Positions 21,501 through 29,617 of a stretch of DNA of 64,000 nucleotides are shown one piece after another. This DNA is from an uncultured bacterium (GTDB lineage: Bacteria; Acidobacteriota; Thermoanaerobaculia; Multivoradales; JAHZIX01), in NCBI GenBank assembly GCA_965368975.1, contig CBDUPA010000001.1, positions 32,001 to 96,000 of the forward strand, given 5' to 3'. Position numbers and translations under genes: made by a program. Positions within the stretch are counted from its first letter, which is position 1. Each line of letters opens with the position of its first letter. The notes under the pieces are model-generated. The model had not been told where the DNA came from. It ran no database searches and worked only from the letters and a program-made list of their open reading frames with translations.

Positions 21501-24500
21501 TGGGCGAGTACGTCGCCGCGTGCCTGGCCGGCGTCTTCGATCTCGACGAGGCGCTGGTCCTGGTGGCCGAGCGGGCGCGATGGATCGACGACCTGCCACC
21601 GGGCGCCATGCTGGCCGTGTCGCTACCCGAGACGGCCGTCGAGACGCGCCTGGCGGCCGGCGACGGTGTCTACCTGGCCGCCGTCAACGCGCCTGAAGTG
21701 TGCGTGGTGGCGGGCGACGTCGAAGCCGTCGAGGCCTTCCAAGCAGCCCTCGACGCCGACGGCATCGCCGCCCGTCGCCTGGCGACGACGCACGCGTTCC
21801 ACACGCCGCACATGGCCGGAGCCGCCGAGGGTCTGCGCGCGGCCCTGGCGCGGGTCGAGCTGCGGCCACCGTGCCGACCCGTGCTGTCGAACGTCACGGG
21901 GACGTGGCTGCGCGCCGAGGAGGCCACCGACCCCGAATACTGGCTGCGCCACCTGCGGAGCCCGGTGCGCTTCGCCCCGGCGGTTGGCGAGCTGGCGACG
22001 CCGGGCCGCGTCCTGGTGGAAGTCGGACCCGGGCAGGGGTTGAGCACGCTGGCGATGCAGCATCCGGGCACCTCGGCAAGTGGATCTGATAGCGGCGAAT
22101 CCCGGAGCGCCGTGCGGGCCCTGGCGACCCTGCGCGCCGAGGCCGACCCACGCCCGGACCGCGCGGTGTTGCTGGACGCGTTCGCTCGCCTGTGGCTGGC
22201 CGGTGTCGACCTCGATCCTGGAGCCCTGCATGCTGGCCCGGACGATCCTCCGCGCCGCCGCGTCGGTCTGCCGCTCTATCCCTTCGAGCGCCAGCGCTAC
22301 TGGGTTGAGCGCGATCCCGCCTTCTTCGCTCGCCTCGCCGGCACCGAGACGGCGGCGACGTCTGTACCCTCGGCCGCATCGCCGGCAGCTTCGTCGGTCG
22401 GGAAGGGAGCGGGCAGGATCGAGGACGAGGTAGGGGAGCAGCCCGTGCCAGCCGCCAGCGGCGATTTTGCCCGCCCGGCTTTGGCCACCGCCTACGTCGA
22501 GCCGGCGCCGGGCGCACAGCAGACGCTGGCCGGTCTGTGGCGAGATCTGCTCGGCGTCGACCCGGTCGGTGCGCACGACAACTTCTTCGAACTGGGCGGC
22601 CACTCGTTGCTCGGTACCCAGCTGCTCAGCCGTCTGCGCGCCGAACACGGCGTCGAGCTCGAGCTGCGCCATCTCTTCGCAACGCCAACCGTGGCCGGCC
22701 TGGCCGAGCACCTGCCCGAGAACCTGCTTCAGGAAGGAGCGCGGGTCGACGGGATGTCGAGCCGCGCCAGCCGTGCGGCGGCGCCGATCGAGCGCCAGCC
22801 CGAGAGCCCATCGCGGCAGGAGCGCCGCGAGTACCCGCTCTCCTTCGCGCAGCAGCGCCTGTGGTTCTTCGACCAGCTGGTGCCCGGCAACCCGTTCTAC
22901 AACATCGGACAGGCGCACCTGGCCGAGGGCGCCCTCGACCTGGCCCGTTTGCACGCGGTGATGCGGCGCATCGTGGCGCGTCACGCCAGTCTACGCACGA
23001 CCTTCGCTGCCGCGGGGTCTGCCACCGAGTCTGGCAGCCGCGACCCGGTGCAGATTGTCGCTCCTCCAGGGGCCGTCGACATCGAGCTACCGCTGGTCGA
23101 CTGGAGTGCCCTGCCGTCCGAGGTCGCCGACGCGCGGCTCGAAGGCTTGCTGACGCAGGCCCTGTCGCTCGGCTTCGACCTGGTGCGGGGACCGCTACTG
23201 CGCCTGCTGGTGGTGCGCCTGCCGACCGATCCGGAAACCCGCCAGCCGCGCCACGCCATCTTCGCTTCGATGCACCACATCATCTCGGACGGCTGGTCGG
23301 TGAGTGTCTTCCTGCGCGAGTTCACCGCGCTCTACACCTCCGCAGCGCCTGTAGGCCCTCGAGGTACGCCGCTGCCGCCGCTGCCGATCCAGTATGCCGA
23401 CTTCGCGACCTGGCAACGGGAGTGGTTGAGCGGGGAACGACTGGATGCCGAGCTCGAACACTGGCGCGCCGCTCTCGATGGGGCCCCACGCATTCTCGAG
23501 CTGCCCATCGATCGGCCACGCCCCAGTCTGCAGAGCTTCCGCGGCGCTCGCCACCGCTTCCAGATGCCGCTCGAGCTGCGCCGTCGGCTGGAGACCCTGG
23601 CCCGCGAGCGGAGCGCGTCGCTGTTCATGCTGCTGCTGAGCGTCTTCTACCTGCTGCTGCAGCGACTCAGCGGTGCCGACGATCTGCTGGTCGGCTCACC
23701 GGTGGCGAATCGCAACCGCGCCGAGATCGAGCCGCTGATCGGCTTCTTCGTCAACACGCTGGTATTGCGCGGCGATCTGCGCACCCGCGGCAACCGTGAA
23801 GCGACGTTCGAGGATGTCGTGGCCCGGGTGCGCGACGCGACGCTCGATGCCTATGCCCACCAAGACCTGCCCTTCGAACGGCTGGTCGAGGAGCTGGCGC
23901 CGCAGCGCCACCTGAGCCACGAGCCCATCTACCAAGTGCTCTTCGTGCTGCAGAACGTGCCGGTGCGCGTGCAGCAGCTGCCCGGCCTCACCCTGCGCGC
24001 GCTGCGCGCCGATCCAGACAGTGCGCGCCACGATCTCGCGCTGGCGGTGTATGAGACCTCAACCGGGCTGCTCGGCGACGTCGAGTACAGCACCGACCTG
24101 TTCGACTCCACCACCATCGCCCGCATCGGTGACGCCTACCACCAGCTGCTCACCGCCGCTGTCGAGCAGCCGTCGGCACCCCTGTCGAGCCTGTCGATGC
24201 TCGGCCCGGCGGCGCGGCACCAGCTGCTGCGTGAGTGGAACCGTCCCTGGACCCCGGCGACCGAACCCTTTGTCACCGGCACGCGTACCGGTGGAGGAGT
24301 CCTGAGCGACGATCCGCTGGCCAACTTCCGCTACTGGGTCGCGGCGACGCCTGACCGCATCGCGGTCGCGTATCCGGAAGAAGCCGAACCAGGCCAGCCG
24401 TGGCGCCCGATCCGCCTGCTCAGCTACGCCGAACTCGATCGCCGGGCACGACGACTGGCGACCGAGTTGCAAGCGCTGGGCGTCGGTCCAGAAGTGCCGG

Positions 24501-27500
24501 TAGGCCTCTTTCTGCAACGCTCGCCGGAGATGATTCTGGCGATCGTCGGCACGCTGGCGGCCGGCGGTGCCTACCTGCCCATCGACCTGGCCCATCCCGC
24601 CGAGCGCATCGCCGCCATGCTGCAGGATGCGGCGGTCCGCGTGGTGCTCACCGACGAGACCTCGGCGCCCAGCCTGCCGGAGGTGCCACACGTCGCGCTG
24701 GTGACGCTGCGGCGGGGGCAGGTGAAGGTGCCAGTCACCGCGTCCCGCGCGGAAGGACCCACGTGGGATCGTGCCGCGGAACTTCCCGGCGACCAGCTCG
24801 CTGCTGTCATCTATACCTCCGGTTCCACCGGCACCCCCAAGGGGGTCGCCATCTCGCACCGGATCCTCAGCAACATGATCCAGCGTTACGCGTGTCTGCA
24901 GGTACGTCCCGGCGACCGCTTGTCGCAGATGAACAACATCGCCTTCGACGCTGCCGGCATGGAGGTCTGGGGCGCCCTGATGGTCGGAGCTACGCTGGTG
25001 GGTGTGTCGCGAGACGTGCTGCTGGTACCGGCGCGGCTGGCGGAGTTGACGCGGCGCGAGACCCTGAACCTGCTCGTTCTCACCACGGCCGTCTTCAACC
25101 TGCTGGTCGACGAGGAACCGCGCAGATTCCAGAGCTGCGACCGTCTGAGTTTTGGTGGCGAAGCGGCGGATCCGTCCAGCCTTCGCCGCATGGCTGCGCG
25201 CCTGCGCCGGATCGGGCGGCCCATGCCTCTGGTCAACGGCTACGGTCCGGCCGAGACCGGCAGTGTCACTACCGCCTTCGACGCTCAGCACTTGCCCGCC
25301 GAGGCGCTCAGTGTCCCGATTGGCAGGTCGCTTCCCGGTGCCGCCGCCTACGTCGTCGGGCGCCGTGGCGCGCTGCTCGGTGCTGGCATCCCTGGTGAGC
25401 TCTGGATCGGTGGGCAAGGCGTCACGCGCGGCTACCTACGACGTCCCGCCCTGACTGCCGACCGCTTCCGCCCGGACCCGTTCTGTTCGGACTTCCGTTC
25501 TGAGCCGCTCCGAAGCTCGCTCCAGCCGCCGCCCGGTCACCGCCTTTATCGGACTGGCGACCTGGTGCGCTGGCTGCCGGGCGGCCTTCTCGACTTCCTG
25601 GGGCGGCTCGACGACCAGATCAAGGTGCGCGGTTTGCGCATCGAGCTGGGCGAGATCACCGCCCACCTGCAGCAGCATGCGCAACTGCGCGAGGCCATCG
25701 TCTTGGCCCCCGAGCTGAGCGTGGGGTCGAGCGCCGAGAGCGAGCATCGACTGGTCGCCTGGGTGGTGCCCAAGGCCGACGATCCACCCGAAGATCTACC
25801 GGAGAGGCTGCGCGACTGGCTGGCCGAACGTCTGCCGCCCTACATGGTGCCGTCGGTCTTCGTGCCCCTGCTCGACTTGCCCCTGACCCCCAACGGCAAG
25901 GTCGATCGCCAGTCGCTGGTCGAACACTACCTGACACCCGACGACCTGGCGCACCTACGCCGGCATCGTTTCGAGCCGCCGGCGGACGACCTCGAAGAAC
26001 AGCTGGCGGCGATCTGGCGCGCGGTCCTGGGGCGGGCGGACGAACTCGAGAGCGTTGGCCGTAACGACGACTTCTTCCAACTCGGTGGCCACTCACTGCT
26101 CGCCACCCGGGTGGTGACGCGTGTGCAGGATGAGCTGGGCGTCGAGTTGGGCGTCGCCGAGGTGTTCGAGGCGCCGGTGCTGTCGGCACTGGCAGATCGC
26201 CTGCGACCACGGTTGGCGCAGCGGGGCGAGGGGGCAGCAAGCCGCGTCGAGATGCCGCCGATCGAGCGGCGTGACGACCCCGCCGCGCCGCTGCCGCTGT
26301 CCTACGCCCAGCAGCGCCTGTGGTTCCTGCAGCAGCTGGAGCCCGACCTCGTCGCCTACAACGTCCAGGTCGATCTGCTGCTCGAGGGCCGTCTCGACGC
26401 CGGGGCGCTGCGCGACACCTTCGGCGAGATTCTGCGCCGGCACGAAGTCCTCCGCACCGTCTTCCGCCAGCAGTTCGTCGACGATGGTGGCGCCGAAGCC
26501 GTGCGTGCGGTGCAGCTGGTGCAAGGCTGGACGCCGTTCACTTTGCCGGTGGTCGACCTCGCGGCTCTCACTCCGGCGGAGTCGTCCCGTCAATCGGATG
26601 CTCTGAGCCGCCGCGAAGCCGGTCGACCCTTCGATCTGGCGCACGATCGCATGCTGCGTGCCGTGCTGGTGCGCCACCAGCGCCACAGCCATCGTCTGCT
26701 GTGCACCGTGCATCACATCGCCAGCGACGGCTGGTCGTCCGACATCCTGGTGCGCGAAGTCAGCCAGCTCTACAGCGCCCGCGTCGAGGGTCGCTGGCGT
26801 CCGTCGGCCGATGCGCCGCCGCTACCGCTACTGCCGGTGCAGTACGGTGACTTCACGCTCTGGCAGCGACGCTGGATCGAAGGGGCGGCCGCCACCGGTG
26901 CTGCGTCTACCGAGGATGAGGGAAGCGTGCTGGATCGGCAACTCGCCGCCTGGCGGCAACGGCTGCACGGCGCCGCCACCCTCGAACTCCCCACCGATCA
27001 CCCACGCCCGGCCGTCTTCGAATCCCTGGGCGGCGTCGTCGAACAGGTCTGGCCGAGCGAGCTCAGCGCCGCCATCGAGGCACACGCTCAACGAGCCGGT
27101 GCCACTCTCTTCCAGGTTCTCACCGCTGCCTTCCAGGCGCTGCTCGGGCGCACCACGCAGCAGCGCGACGTCAGCGTCGGCACCCCGATCGCGGGCCGGC
27201 GCCGCCACGAGCTGGAGTCGTTGATCGGCTTCTTCGTCAATACCCTTGTCCTGCGAGCCGACCTCGCCGCCGCCCCGACCTTCGACCGTCTGCTGCGCCA
27301 GTGCCGGCGCCGCGTGCTCGAAGCCTTCGACCACCAGGATGTGCCCTTCGAGCGCCTGGTCGAGGAGTTGGCACCCGAGCGCGACCGCAGCCGCACGCCG
27401 CTGTTCCAGGTGATGTTCGGCGTACACCGCGCCGGTACCGGCAGCCTCAGCCTGCCTGGCCTGCGCCTGCGCCTGGCACCGCTCGCCGTGGGTCGCGCGC

Positions 27501-29587
27501 GCTTCGATCTCGAATGCTTCCTGTTCGAAGGACGCGACGCGGACGATCGCCTGCGCCTGTCTGTCAGCTGCAACTACCGGCGCGAGCTGTTCGACGCCAC
27601 CACCATCCGCCGCTTGCTGTGTCACTTCCAAGCCCTCACCCGTGCCGCTCTGGAGACGCCCAACGTACCGCTCGACCACTTGCCGTTGCTCGCTGCCGCC
27701 GAGTACTGGCAGCTGGTGGGGGAGTGGCAAGACATCGTGGCTCCGAGCGCCGCTGCCACGGTACCGTCTGGCAGCGTCCTCGATCTCGTCGCGCGGCAAG
27801 TCGAGCAGCGTCCGGCCGCCGCTGCCCTGGTTTTCGGCCGGCAAGTCGTCAGCTACCGGCAGCTATGGCAGCGTGCCGGTGATCTCGCGGCCAACCTGCA
27901 CAGGCGTGGCGTGCGCCGTGGTGACGTCGTCGCCCTGCACCTGCGTCGCTCGGCGGAGTACTTCGTCACGCTGCTGGGCGTCTTGCGCGCCAGCGCCGCC
28001 TACCTGCCCCTCGATCCGTCGCACCCCGACGAGCGACTCTCCTTCCTGCTCGCCGACGCCGGTGCCGTCGCCATGGTCAGCCACGACGGTACCTCGGCCG
28101 CGGCCCGCCTGCGCTTCGACGGAACCGTCCTCTCCGCCACCTCGCTCTCCGCGCTGCCGTCTGAGATCGACGGACCGCGGCACGATCTGACTGCCGACGA
28201 CCTCGTCTTCGTCCTCTACACCTCCGGCTCGACCGGCCGCCCCAAGGGGGTCGCCATGGGGCACGGCGCGATACACAACCTCGTGACCTGGCAGGCGGCT
28301 CGTGTCGGTGCCGGCCGGGCGTTGCAGTTCGCCGCGACCAGCTTCGATCTCAGCTTCCTGGATACGTTCAGCACCTGGTCGGCGGGCGGTACCCTGGTGG
28401 TCGCGTCCGAGAACCTGCGCGCCGATCCCCGGCGCCTGCTGCGCCACAGCGTCGAACAGAGCGTCGATCGTCTCTTCCTACCCTACGCGGCCTTGCAGCA
28501 ACTCGCCGAGAGCGCCGAGCGGATGGACGTCTTGCCCCCCGTGCGTCACATCGTCTCGACCGCCGAAGCCTTGCGCATCACCCCCGCCGTGCGCGACTTC
28601 TGCCACCGCTTGCAGGCGGCAGGCGAGTTGCGCTTGGGAGATTCGTTGTACCTCGACAATGACTATGGCCCCACCGAAACCCACGTTGCCAGTGTCGAGG
28701 CTTTGGGCCCGGACGTTGATGCCTGGCCCGTCCTGCCCGCCATCGGCCGCCCCTTGCCCGGCGTTCAGACCTACGTGCTCGGCCGCGCCCAGGACGGCCT
28801 GGGGGAGCCCGTGCCGATCGGCGTCGCCGGGGAACTCCTGGTCGGCGGTGCGGCCCTGGCCCGCGGCTACCTACGCCGTCCCGCGCTGACCGCCGAGCGC
28901 TTCCTGCCTGATCCGTTCGCTCGAGCCGGTGGAAGTCGCCTCTACCGTACCGGCGACCTCGTCCGCCACCTCGCGGACGGGCGCTTGCAGTATCTGCAGC
29001 GGGTCGATCACCAGCTCAAGGTGCGTGGTTTCCGCATCGAACCGGGCGAGATCGAAGCCCGCCTGAGCGCCCTGCCGGGCGTGCGCGATGCCGTCGTGGT
29101 GCTGCGAGAGGTCGAGGGCGACCCGCGACTGGTTGCCTACACCCTCGACGACCCCGCCGTCGAAGCCAAACCCGAACCGTCCGCCCTGCGCGCCGGGCTG
29201 GAGGCTCAACTGCCCTCGTACATGGTGCCCCAGCACTTCGTCCACCTCGAAGCCTGGCCACAGACCGCCACCGGCAAGATCGACCGCAACGCCCTACCCG
29301 CTCCCGACGCCTCGACCGCCCAAGCTGCGTATGTTGCTCCACGCACGGACACCGAAGACGCCATCGCCGAGCTGTGGAGCGGCTACCTGCACGTCGAGAA
29401 GGTCGGCATTCACGACGACTTCTTCGAACTCGGCGGTCACTCTATGATGGCGACGCAGATGATGGCCGAGCTGCAAGACATGGCCGGCGTCGAGATCCCG
29501 CTCAACCGCCTGTTTGAAGCGCGCACCGTCGAGACACTGGCGGCGGTCGTCGAGGTGTTGATGGCGGCGGACGAGAGGTCAGACTGA
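12578..29587 (+). CDS. Hybrid NRPS/PKS: C-A-T-C-A-T-KS-AT-ACP-C-A-T-C-A-T (no KR, no TE)
   Basis: Four HHxxxDGWS C domains; four A domains (TSGS/TxxPK, YGPxE, YRT/SGD); five GGHS carrier sites; KS TACS/HGS/NIGH; AT GYSLG and HAFH (malonyl-type). Confidence 0.95.
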   Translation: MSRSQKPAFYPLSPLQQGMLFHALEAPASDAYFEQSPLWLDGELDLRALHRAWQVVVDRHEVLRTSFVWGKVREPVQVVQPRLRLPMAVMDLSGVANVEPEVRGDGPVAELLRQDRLHPFDLGRAPLLRLTVLRLHAHSWVMVWSCHHILLDGWSQALITADLFRAYTILQGARDASAAAAGQQVESVLGPAPPPFRGYIAWLRKRPREETEAYWRQRLAGYDESVALASLLPKSPLPKSPQPKIPPTTDEDVVGGTTVRLQTALSAELVARLQGYVRSHGLTLNTLFQGALALLLARYSARSDVAFGIVVAGRPPQLPGAERMVGLFINTVPLRVSTAGVAPGDGGQPSTAALDWLRELHTEAGRQRAFEHAPLLDVQRWSDVPPGGQLFDTLLAFENYPVEQPTGSEALRLRWLPSPSGTNFPLSLVVVPGEQMWLNAHYAGASLDATAVHRLVRHLRTLVDGLGRDGARLEALPLLSTAERHQLCVEWTDAASPFAAAASLAELAALRVRARPESVAVVYGRRHLSYRELARRSGTVAAQLQLHGIRRGDIVGLYLERSPELIVALLAILRAGGAYLPLDLAYPDERVAFLLADAGATSVVTDGAHAEKLPAPWGGQRLCLENLLAPVALPAAQRVTEDELHGDDLAYVIYTSGSSGRPKGTAVPQRAVVRLILGQHRPSQAYGQLGPETRFGQVANTSFDAATYEIWGALLSGGCLVGVPRRVSLQPRHLGRFLRRRRIDTTFITAALFAQTVQVDPYAFSGMRDLLVGGEAVDPDAARRLLTGPAPPRRLLNGYGPTECTTFAVVGQIEPPPVGAKSVPLGRPIGNTDVRVLDRAGEPVPVGVAGELRLGGAGLAWGYLGRAALTAERFVPAGEWLAGGLVGRGRRLYRTGDLVRWLGDGRLDFLGRLDDQVKLRGYRIEPGEIAARLREHESVRDAVVRLLPSGEGERRLVAWVIPAPGAHGGVPPHPAWRAYLAQRLPDYMVPSLFVPVEAIPLTAHGKADHRALATLAETSAIGPLDAYVPPRTATEELLAGLYAQVLEAPEGTRVGAEGHFFDLGGHSLLAMRLVARIAEVLEVELPLGELFEHPRVSELAGRLDQLAFGAADWRSTPIELLERAAGAEMLLEAPLSFAQQRLWFLDRLEPGNAFYNIATALELRPTAETGGTLSLRAFVAAVDELAHRHEILRTTYTTVSGQPRQRVHAWESRPRRCSSRSVDLSKLIDLRALDCATAEEQQQRLLQRESRRPFDLAHGPVVRALLLCRDDRHTLLLTLHHIAGDGWSMGVLVRDFSACYRALLEQNGTQDREQDSESLAGQKDGPRPLPLQPLPLQYADYAHWQRQRLDTEQLTAGVDWWRQQLEGLPSHLDLPTDRPRPAVQSYRGAALPLRLDDLSEPLHELARQQGVTLFMVLLAAYQLLLGKLAASRDLAVGTPVAGRDRSEFERLVGCFVNTVVLRARLAGEGAAPPANVAQLLRNTRQTCLDAFAHQEVPFEKLVETLAPERDLARAALFQAMFVLNSTPRPRLRLPGLEASALSVGTDSSKFDLTLTLAAAETSTDAAPAESPRREGQLGGQLAYSRDLFDATTIEHLGRRLRALLGAWVEDPECELDALPWMAPVEIHQLRHEWGGAGLPALRGAVPSVVERLRQQAQRAPLAAALEQDGVVLTYGELQQRAERLAGHLAHALRTTAVDARFDATESVVALALERTPAYVVAAYAALLAGAAYLPLDTAQPAVRLRRLLADVARSAPGAERPLVLVTSADGERNTSDPFTVVAVDAQGEPVAADDESATTSPPPVWATEPDAQRLAYLITTSGSTGKPKPVAVPHAALRKLLVWAPEAYEVRAGDRSALFGGLGFDATVLDLWLPLVSGACLCLPPAGDRGRELFAAPTVLRTWIAEARLTHAKLPTPLLERLLELPPPAAASDTEGSALRVLITGGDRLHVGLPVAWADLGIRLYNQYGPSETTVLVSRARVLSDAGRGSSGLPSLGRPAAGACLSVVDAQFDLVPSGCAGELLICGPGLARGYLDRPARTAVSFVPDLWGRGARAYRSGDLVRWLADGELEFLGRLDRQVKLRGFRIEPGEIEAALLARDEVAHVAVVLRGEGREARLVAFVVVGEKMSGHPDPSLPTALQAYLRHELPPYMVPASIVVLDVLPTTERGKLDRRALATWSLDVPASPPEAPSDISAPGDTAAPREATGLRRTIADIWRRVLDVEQVAAGDNFFDLGGHSLLLVEVQEALQLELDREVRVLDLFRYPTVEALAGYLGEGQREQLLPAVTPRARDSRAPDVPTGAVAVIGMAGRFPGAPDLDAFWHNLQGGVEGITFFDRDELLAAGVPPAQADDPNYVPAMGVLEDADQFDARFFGYAPRDAQLLDPQIRVCLELAWHAMEDAGYDPRRYPGRVGVYAGASQSGYQLNVYSQPELLARLGGLQVEPTNVQRLPLVVSYQLDLKGPSFYLYTACSTSLLAVHLARQALLDGDCDMALAGGVAIDAVPRGYRFEPGGILSSDGHTRSFSDQASGAVKGNGAGLVVLKRLDRALADGDRIQAVIRGTAVNNDGASKVGFTAPSVAGEASAVRDALAAAGVPASSVQLIEAHGSATPLGDPIEVEALQLAFQADGAEAETPVAIGSVKSNIGHLDTAAGVAGLLKAILALRHQQQPPSIGCQRPNPAIDFGAGPFFVNTELRPWPVPETAAGPAPRRAGVSSFGIGGTNVHVVVEEAPPLAARDASPPWHLWLLSAKTEAAVAARCQDLANFLPHCQPAPDPADVAFTLHAGRGVFAHRRALVVRDLADAVEVLQGATEGSPQAARLLLGQVDERAEAAAREPVFLLGGLGDQYPGMARGLYQHEPVFRRELERCAAVLDRVLDVPLTELLFPEAFGGVEAGEGEAASAGPDLRALLGRGKDRGHDGESEAQRAARRVARLRLDRTRYLQPALFAVDYALARLLEARGVQPAALLGYSLGEYVAACLAGVFDLDEALVLVAERARWIDDLPPGAMLAVSLPETAVETRLAAGDGVYLAAVNAPEVCVVAGDVEAVEAFQAALDADGIAARRLATTHAFHTPHMAGAAEGLRAALARVELRPPCRPVLSNVTGTWLRAEEATDPEYWLRHLRSPVRFAPAVGELATPGRVLVEVGPGQGLSTLAMQHPGTSASGSDSGESRSAVRALATLRAEADPRPDRAVLLDAFARLWLAGVDLDPGALHAGPDDPPRRRVGLPLYPFERQRYWVERDPAFFARLAGTETAATSVPSAASPAASSVGKGAGRIEDEVGEQPVPAASGDFARPALATAYVEPAPGAQQTLAGLWRDLLGVDPVGAHDNFFELGGHSLLGTQLLSRLRAEHGVELELRHLFATPTVAGLAEHLPENLLQEGARVDGMSSRASRAAAPIERQPESPSRQERREYPLSFAQQRLWFFDQLVPGNPFYNIGQAHLAEGALDLARLHAVMRRIVARHASLRTTFAAAGSATESGSRDPVQIVAPPGAVDIELPLVDWSALPSEVADARLEGLLTQALSLGFDLVRGPLLRLLVVRLPTDPETRQPRHAIFASMHHIISDGWSVSVFLREFTALYTSAAPVGPRGTPLPPLPIQYADFATWQREWLSGERLDAELEHWRAALDGAPRILELPIDRPRPSLQSFRGARHRFQMPLELRRRLETLARERSASLFMLLLSVFYLLLQRLSGADDLLVGSPVANRNRAEIEPLIGFFVNTLVLRGDLRTRGNREATFEDVVARVRDATLDAYAHQDLPFERLVEELAPQRHLSHEPIYQVLFVLQNVPVRVQQLPGLTLRALRADPDSARHDLALAVYETSTGLLGDVEYSTDLFDSTTIARIGDAYHQLLTAAVEQPSAPLSSLSMLGPAARHQLLREWNRPWTPATEPFVTGTRTGGGVLSDDPLANFRYWVAATPDRIAVAYPEEAEPGQPWRPIRLLSYAELDRRARRLATELQALGVGPEVPVGLFLQRSPEMILAIVGTLAAGGAYLPIDLAHPAERIAAMLQDAAVRVVLTDETSAPSLPEVPHVALVTLRRGQVKVPVTASRAEGPTWDRAAELPGDQLAAVIYTSGSTGTPKGVAISHRILSNMIQRYACLQVRPGDRLSQMNNIAFDAAGMEVWGALMVGATLVGVSRDVLLVPARLAELTRRETLNLLVLTTAVFNLLVDEEPRRFQSCDRLSFGGEAADPSSLRRMAARLRRIGRPMPLVNGYGPAETGSVTTAFDAQHLPAEALSVPIGRSLPGAAAYVVGRRGALLGAGIPGELWIGGQGVTRGYLRRPALTADRFRPDPFCSDFRSEPLRSSLQPPPGHRLYRTGDLVRWLPGGLLDFLGRLDDQIKVRGLRIELGEITAHLQQHAQLREAIVLAPELSVGSSAESEHRLVAWVVPKADDPPEDLPERLRDWLAERLPPYMVPSVFVPLLDLPLTPNGKVDRQSLVEHYLTPDDLAHLRRHRFEPPADDLEEQLAAIWRAVLGRADELESVGRNDDFFQLGGHSLLATRVVTRVQDELGVELGVAEVFEAPVLSALADRLRPRLAQRGEGAASRVEMPPIERRDDPAAPLPLSYAQQRLWFLQQLEPDLVAYNVQVDLLLEGRLDAGALRDTFGEILRRHEVLRTVFRQQFVDDGGAEAVRAVQLVQGWTPFTLPVVDLAALTPAESSRQSDALSRREAGRPFDLAHDRMLRAVLVRHQRHSHRLLCTVHHIASDGWSSDILVREVSQLYSARVEGRWRPSADAPPLPLLPVQYGDFTLWQRRWIEGAAATGAASTEDEGSVLDRQLAAWRQRLHGAATLELPTDHPRPAVFESLGGVVEQVWPSELSAAIEAHAQRAGATLFQVLTAAFQALLGRTTQQRDVSVGTPIAGRRRHELESLIGFFVNTLVLRADLAAAPTFDRLLRQCRRRVLEAFDHQDVPFERLVEELAPERDRSRTPLFQVMFGVHRAGTGSLSLPGLRLRLAPLAVGRARFDLECFLFEGRDADDRLRLSVSCNYRRELFDATTIRRLLCHFQALTRAALETPNVPLDHLPLLAAAEYWQLVGEWQDIVAPSAAATVPSGSVLDLVARQVEQRPAAAALVFGRQVVSYRQLWQRAGDLAANLHRRGVRRGDVVALHLRRSAEYFVTLLGVLRASAAYLPLDPSHPDERLSFLLADAGAVAMVSHDGTSAAARLRFDGTVLSATSLSALPSEIDGPRHDLTADDLVFVLYTSGSTGRPKGVAMGHGAIHNLVTWQAARVGAGRALQFAATSFDLSFLDTFSTWSAGGTLVVASENLRADPRRLLRHSVEQSVDRLFLPYAALQQLAESAERMDVLPPVRHIVSTAEALRITPAVRDFCHRLQAAGELRLGDSLYLDNDYGPTETHVASVEALGPDVDAWPVLPAIGRPLPGVQTYVLGRAQDGLGEPVPIGVAGELLVGGAALARGYLRRPALTAERFLPDPFARAGGSRLYRTGDLVRHLADGRLQYLQRVDHQLKVRGFRIEPGEIEARLSALPGVRDAVVVLREVEGDPRLVAYTLDDPAVEAKPEPSALRAGLEAQLPSYMVPQHFVHLEAWPQTATGKIDRNALPAPDASTAQAAYVAPRTDTEDAIAELWSGYLHVEKVGIHDDFFELGGHSMMATQMMAELQDMAGVEIPLNRLFEARTVETLAAVVEVLMAADERSD

Positions 29588-29607
29588 GGGCACCTGCGGG
29601 TGCCCTC
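29586..29607. terminator. Hairpin between the convergent NRPS/PKS and small peptide genes
   Basis: GAGGGCACC-TGCG-GGTGCCCTC. Confidence 0.5.
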
Positions 29608-29617
29608 CTGCAGAAGC

